NCBI GenBank assembly: GCA_964624705.1
Contig: CAZUYQ010000035.1
Location: 1,599 to 39,538 of the forward strand
Length of the DNA: 37,940 bases
Direction of reading: 5' to 3'
Source of the DNA: an uncultured Polynucleobacter sp.
Lineage (GTDB): Bacteria > Bdellovibrionota_B > Oligoflexia > Oligoflexales > RGVZ01
The first letter of the stretch is position 1, and the number at the start of each line of letters is the position of its first letter. The notes beneath the pieces are model-generated. The model had not been told where the DNA came from, ran no database searches, and was given only the letters and a program-made list of their open reading frames with translations. Positions 34,825-37,940 of the stretch are shown one piece after another. The translations under genes were made by a program, and so were the position numbers.

Positions 34825-36225
34825 CTATAAGAACATTTCCATATTATGAACTGATCGTACTGCAACGACTTCAATTTGCCTTTTTACATTCTGGCCGCGG
34901 TTTAACTCCTGTGACCAAGACGAGGCAGGTACGTAAATCCGCTCAAATCCCATCTTGACCGCTTCCTGAATACGCGACATGAGATGCGAGGCACCTCTGA
35001 CCTCACCTGATAAACCAATTTCACCCACAAACGTCGAACGCCCTTGCACCGGCCGTTCTAAAAAGCTGGACGCAATAGCAACTGCCACAGCAAAATCAAC
35101 GGTGGGTTCTGCAATTTTAAGTCCGCCAGCAACCGTCATATACACATCCGTCATACCGATTTGCAGACCGCTACGTTTTTCCAGTACCGCCAATAAAATC
35201 GAGACGCGGTTGGCATCAAGCCCAGTCACTACACGTCGCGGGTTACCAAAAGCAGTGCGACCAACCAGTGATTGAATCTCAACCATGAGCGGGCGCGTAC
35301 CCTCCATAATAACTGTGGAGGTAATACCGCTAGGACGTGGTCCCTGATTACGATAGTGCTCTAAAAACTGCGACCCCGGGTCCGCAACGGAACGCATCCC
35401 GTCTTCCGCCATTTCAAAAACACCGATTTCTCCGGTACTCCCGTAGCGATTCTTAACCGCTCGTAACAAGCGATAACCACTATGGGCGTCACCCTCGAGA
35501 TATAGAACACAGTCTACAAGATGCTCTAGCACCCGCGGTCCAGCAATATTTCCGTCTTTGGTAACATGCCCAACCAGCCAAATTGGCATATTACGAGACT
35601 TAGCAACATCCAGAAGTTTTGCTGCACACTCTCTCACCTGAGTCACGCTGCCAGGAGCAGAGGCAATATCCTGACTAAAAATTGTCTGAATAGAATCGAC
35701 AACCAGCATATCGGGTTTGTGTTCATTGATCACACCAATCAGTGACTCTGCATTGGTTTCATTAGCAACTAAAATTTGCGAATGCATGAGTCCCAAACGT
35801 TTTGCTCGCAACAATATCTGCTCAGCACTCTCTTCACCACTCGCATACAAAACTTTTTTGCCTTGTTTTGCATAGGTATAAACGGCCTGTAGTAGCAACG
35901 TACTTTTACCTATTCCAGGATCACCCGATAATAAAACAAATGCCCCGGGAACCAAACCTCCCCCTAAGACTCGGTCTAATTCTGGAATACCGACAGGTGT
36001 GCGAGCAATATTGGGAAGATCCTGGGTCTCATCAAGTGCAAGGACTCGCGTACCGCTAGATTTTGCTGCTGCGGTCGACCCACGGCGAAAACCTAAACTT
36101 GGCGTTGCCACTGCTTCCTCGTGAACGCTACCCCAAGTATTGCAATCGGGACACTTCCCCTGCCACTGCAGATGTACCGCACCACATTCACTGCAAACAA
36201 ATTTGGAGGATGGTTTCTTTGCCAT
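34825..36225 (-). CDS. radA: DNA repair protein RadA/Sms
   Basis: N-terminal Zn ribbon CSECG...CPDCNTWGS, Walker A GDPGIGKST, the KNRYG motif, and a Lon-protease-like C-terminal domain. Start at ATG 36225 (GGAGA RBS). Confidence 0.92.
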   Translation of the reverse strand: MAKKPSSKFVCSECGAVHLQWQGKCPDCNTWGSVHEEAVATPSLGFRRGSTAAAKSSGTRVLALDETQDLPNIARTPVGIPELDRVLGGGLVPGAFVLLSGDPGIGKSTLLLQAVYTYAKQGKKVLYASGEESAEQILLRAKRLGLMHSQILVANETNAESLIGVINEHKPDMLVVDSIQTIFSQDIASAPGSVTQVRECAAKLLDVAKSRNMPIWLVGHVTKDGNIAGPRVLEHLVDCVLYLEGDAHSGYRLLRAVKNRYGSTGEIGVFEMAEDGMRSVADPGSQFLEHYRNQGPRPSGITSTVIMEGTRPLMVEIQSLVGRTAFGNPRRVVTGLDANRVSILLAVLEKRSGLQIGMTDVYMTVAGGLKIAEPTVDFAVAVAIASSFLERPVQGRSTFVGEIGLSGEVRGASHLMSRIQEAVKMGFERIYVPASSWSQELNRGQNVKRQIEVVAVRSVHNMEMFL

Positions 36226-36258
36226 TAAATGTCTCCACAATTAATCTAAATACAGGAT

Positions 36259-37940
36259 TTATTTTTTTGCCGTACGTTTTTTTTGATTACGCCGTCTTGT
36301 GGCACTTACTTTTTTGGACGCCAAAGAACTCTTCTGCTGACTTAATGATGGTGCAAATCCTGACTGATGTAACCACACACGACCAGTGTCGGTGAGTTCT
36401 GCCAGTTTAAAAGGAATAGATTTGCCATCTTTTTCGAATGTTGTTTGCCAAGTTTTCAACAACTTCTGTTCTTCGAGATCCATTAAAATCGCGTCATAGC
36501 GATTCCTAGACCAACCTTTATCCTCAAATAGTTCCCGAAATAATTGACCTACAGACTTAGCAAGAGACCTACACAGACGCTCCATCACTTGCCTCTGGGC
36601 ATCACGGTCTGCAGCACTAAAAGCATCGATACCGCGATCTTTCTTATGGGCTCCACGACAAATATCACAGTGCCCACAGGGGCCTGACCTATCTTCTCTA
36701 TCACCGAAATGATCGAGGAACTGCTGCATGCGACACTTTGAAGTCTTTGCAAATGCTAGGACATTTAGCAGCTGTTTTTGCTTATGTCTCCGCTGGGTCA
36801 CATACTTCCCAAACCACTTACCATCACCTAGTCGCACAATGCCGAACTCATCGACTACAACGCCGCCGTGAATCCATAATTTCTCCAAAGCTGGAAAAAA
36901 TTGCTTCTCAGCCATGGCCGATAATTCCATCAGCGAGTTGCGATCGATTCCTTTAGCTGTCACCAATTCATAAATTTTCTGCAGCTCCAGAGGTTCAGGA
37001 TAATTAACATCAAGCAAGTACTCGTTCGTTTTCTGATCTACAGGCGAATACATCAGCACCGCTTCACTCATCAAACCATCACGGCCTGCACGACCTATTT
37101 CTTGGTAATAACCTTCAAGGCTTGCTGGCAAAGCCACATGCACGACAGTACGAATATTCGATTTATCGATCCCCATACCGAAGGCAACCGTTGCGACCAT
37201 GACATCAACATCACCCGCCATAAATTGCGATTGAATCATCTGTCTCTGAGCTTGCGGCATGCCAGCATGAAAACCCTCAACTCGGAAATCACTCTTTAAC
37301 GCCGCAGCCATTTCTTCGGTAATTTTTCGTGTAGGTGCATAGATGATTGCAGGTCGACGATCTTCAGGCATCAACACAGTTCGGCACGCATCCATACGAG
37401 CACCTGGACTCATCGGTAGAACTTCAATCGCAATATTATTCCGACGAAATCCATGAATAAAAATCTTGGCATTGCTTAACCCAAGCTGCTGAACAATATC
37501 CATCTGAACATCAGGCGTCGCCGTTGCAGTCACTGCTACGATATTTGCGGGACGGAGGCGTTCCAACCTGGGACCTAGCATCCGGTATTCGGTCCGAAAA
37601 TCATGACCCCAACAAGAAATACAGTGAGCTTCATCGACTGCAATCATAGTTGGTTTATGCTGCTCTAAAAATTCAAGAAAACCCGGCACCGCAAACCGCT
37701 CCGGCGCCACAAATAAAAATTTCAATCCGCCGTCACGCCATAGTCGACAAGCCTCTTGCGAATCCGCACGCGTGCGCCCCGAATGAATACGCTCTGTCGG
37801 TATTCCTTGATGCTGAAGTTTATTCACTTGATCTTCAATCACTTTGTCTTCCAGTTTTGTGAATAGAATTTGAGGTTCGTTAAGTAGCTGTCCCTCTGCC
37901 AAATTTGTATTACCCGATTCCAGCCAATTAGTTGGTTTGG
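36259..37940 (-). CDS. recQ: RecQ-family ATP-dependent DNA helicase (5'-partial; runs off the window)
   Basis: DEAHCISCWGHDFR (motif II plus the aromatic loop), VTATAT, QEIGRAGRDG, and Zn-binding CGHCDIC. Lys/Arg-rich C-terminal tail. The frame stays open to nt 37940, and the helicase motif I region is missing. Confidence 0.85.
   Translation of the reverse strand, partial: KPTNWLESGNTNLAEGQLLNEPQILFTKLEDKVIEDQVNKLQHQGIPTERIHSGRTRADSQEACRLWRDGGLKFLFVAPERFAVPGFLEFLEQHKPTMIAVDEAHCISCWGHDFRTEYRMLGPRLERLRPANIVAVTATATPDVQMDIVQQLGLSNAKIFIHGFRRNNIAIEVLPMSPGARMDACRTVLMPEDRRPAIIYAPTRKITEEMAAALKSDFRVEGFHAGMPQAQRQMIQSQFMAGDVDVMVATVAFGMGIDKSNIRTVVHVALPASLEGYYQEIGRAGRDGLMSEAVLMYSPVDQKTNEYLLDVNYPEPLELQKIYELVTAKGIDRNSLMELSAMAEKQFFPALEKLWIHGGVVVDEFGIVRLGDGKWFGKYVTQRRHKQKQLLNVLAFAKTSKCRMQQFLDHFGDREDRSGPCGHCDICRGAHKKDRGIDAFSAADRDAQRQVMERLCRSLAKSVGQLFRELFEDKGWSRNRYDAILMDLEEQKLLKTWQTTFEKDGKSIPFKLAELTDTGRVWLHQSGFAPSLSQQKSSLASKKVSATRRRNQKKRTAKK

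Noticed and set aside
1-37940. CRISPR arrays, IS elements, prophage genes, toxin-antitoxin pairs
   Set aside because: I looked for regularly spaced direct repeats, terminal inverted repeats flanking transposase-like ORFs, and small paired ORFs. I found none that I could support.

Overview
About 38 kb of moderately AT-rich chromosomal DNA from a Gram-negative bacterium (OmpA-family protein, lipoboxes, a sigma-54 promoter). The many secreted hydrolases suggest a Bdellovibrio/Oligoflexia-like predator, but that is weak inference. I found no CRISPR array, transposase, integrase or rRNA.

Gene order, left to right:
- a 5'-partial low-complexity protein with a Cys-rich tail
- corA (-)
- three secreted alpha/beta-hydrolase-like or accessory genes (+)
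- a tandem-DUF333 lipoprotein (-)
- a DAB-type inorganic-carbon pump locus (dabA plus a NuoL-like dabB) carrying two extra membrane ORFs
- an S1 trypsin-like protease
- a divergent SDR/LysR pair
- a minus-strand block: REC-TPR protein, a 145-nt leader, a ThiC-family enzyme, and an IPT/Tzs-family isopentenyltransferase-like protein that overlaps the ThiC-like gene by 4 nt
- a second LysR divergent from genes for SnoaL-like, cupin and small secreted proteins
- a minus-strand housekeeping operon (cyclophilin, EamA, tadA, tRNA-Ser(CGA))
- a PAS-like/Rossmann-like protein
- an OmpA-family protein behind a sigma-54 promoter, a PKD lipoprotein and a large polytopic membrane protein
- a subtilase with an FG-GAP propeller, and a coupled secreted protein
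- radA and a 5'-partial recQ-family helicase

The best candidate for an undescribed system is the overlapping ThiC-like/IPT-like cassette at 14761-16520. The ThiC homologue is truncated, has an altered Cys motif and lacks a THI-box leader. I know of no described pathway that pairs these two families. Second is the DAB locus with an additional antiporter-like module.

All family calls rest on motifs read from the translations and compared with remembered family signatures. No database search was run.
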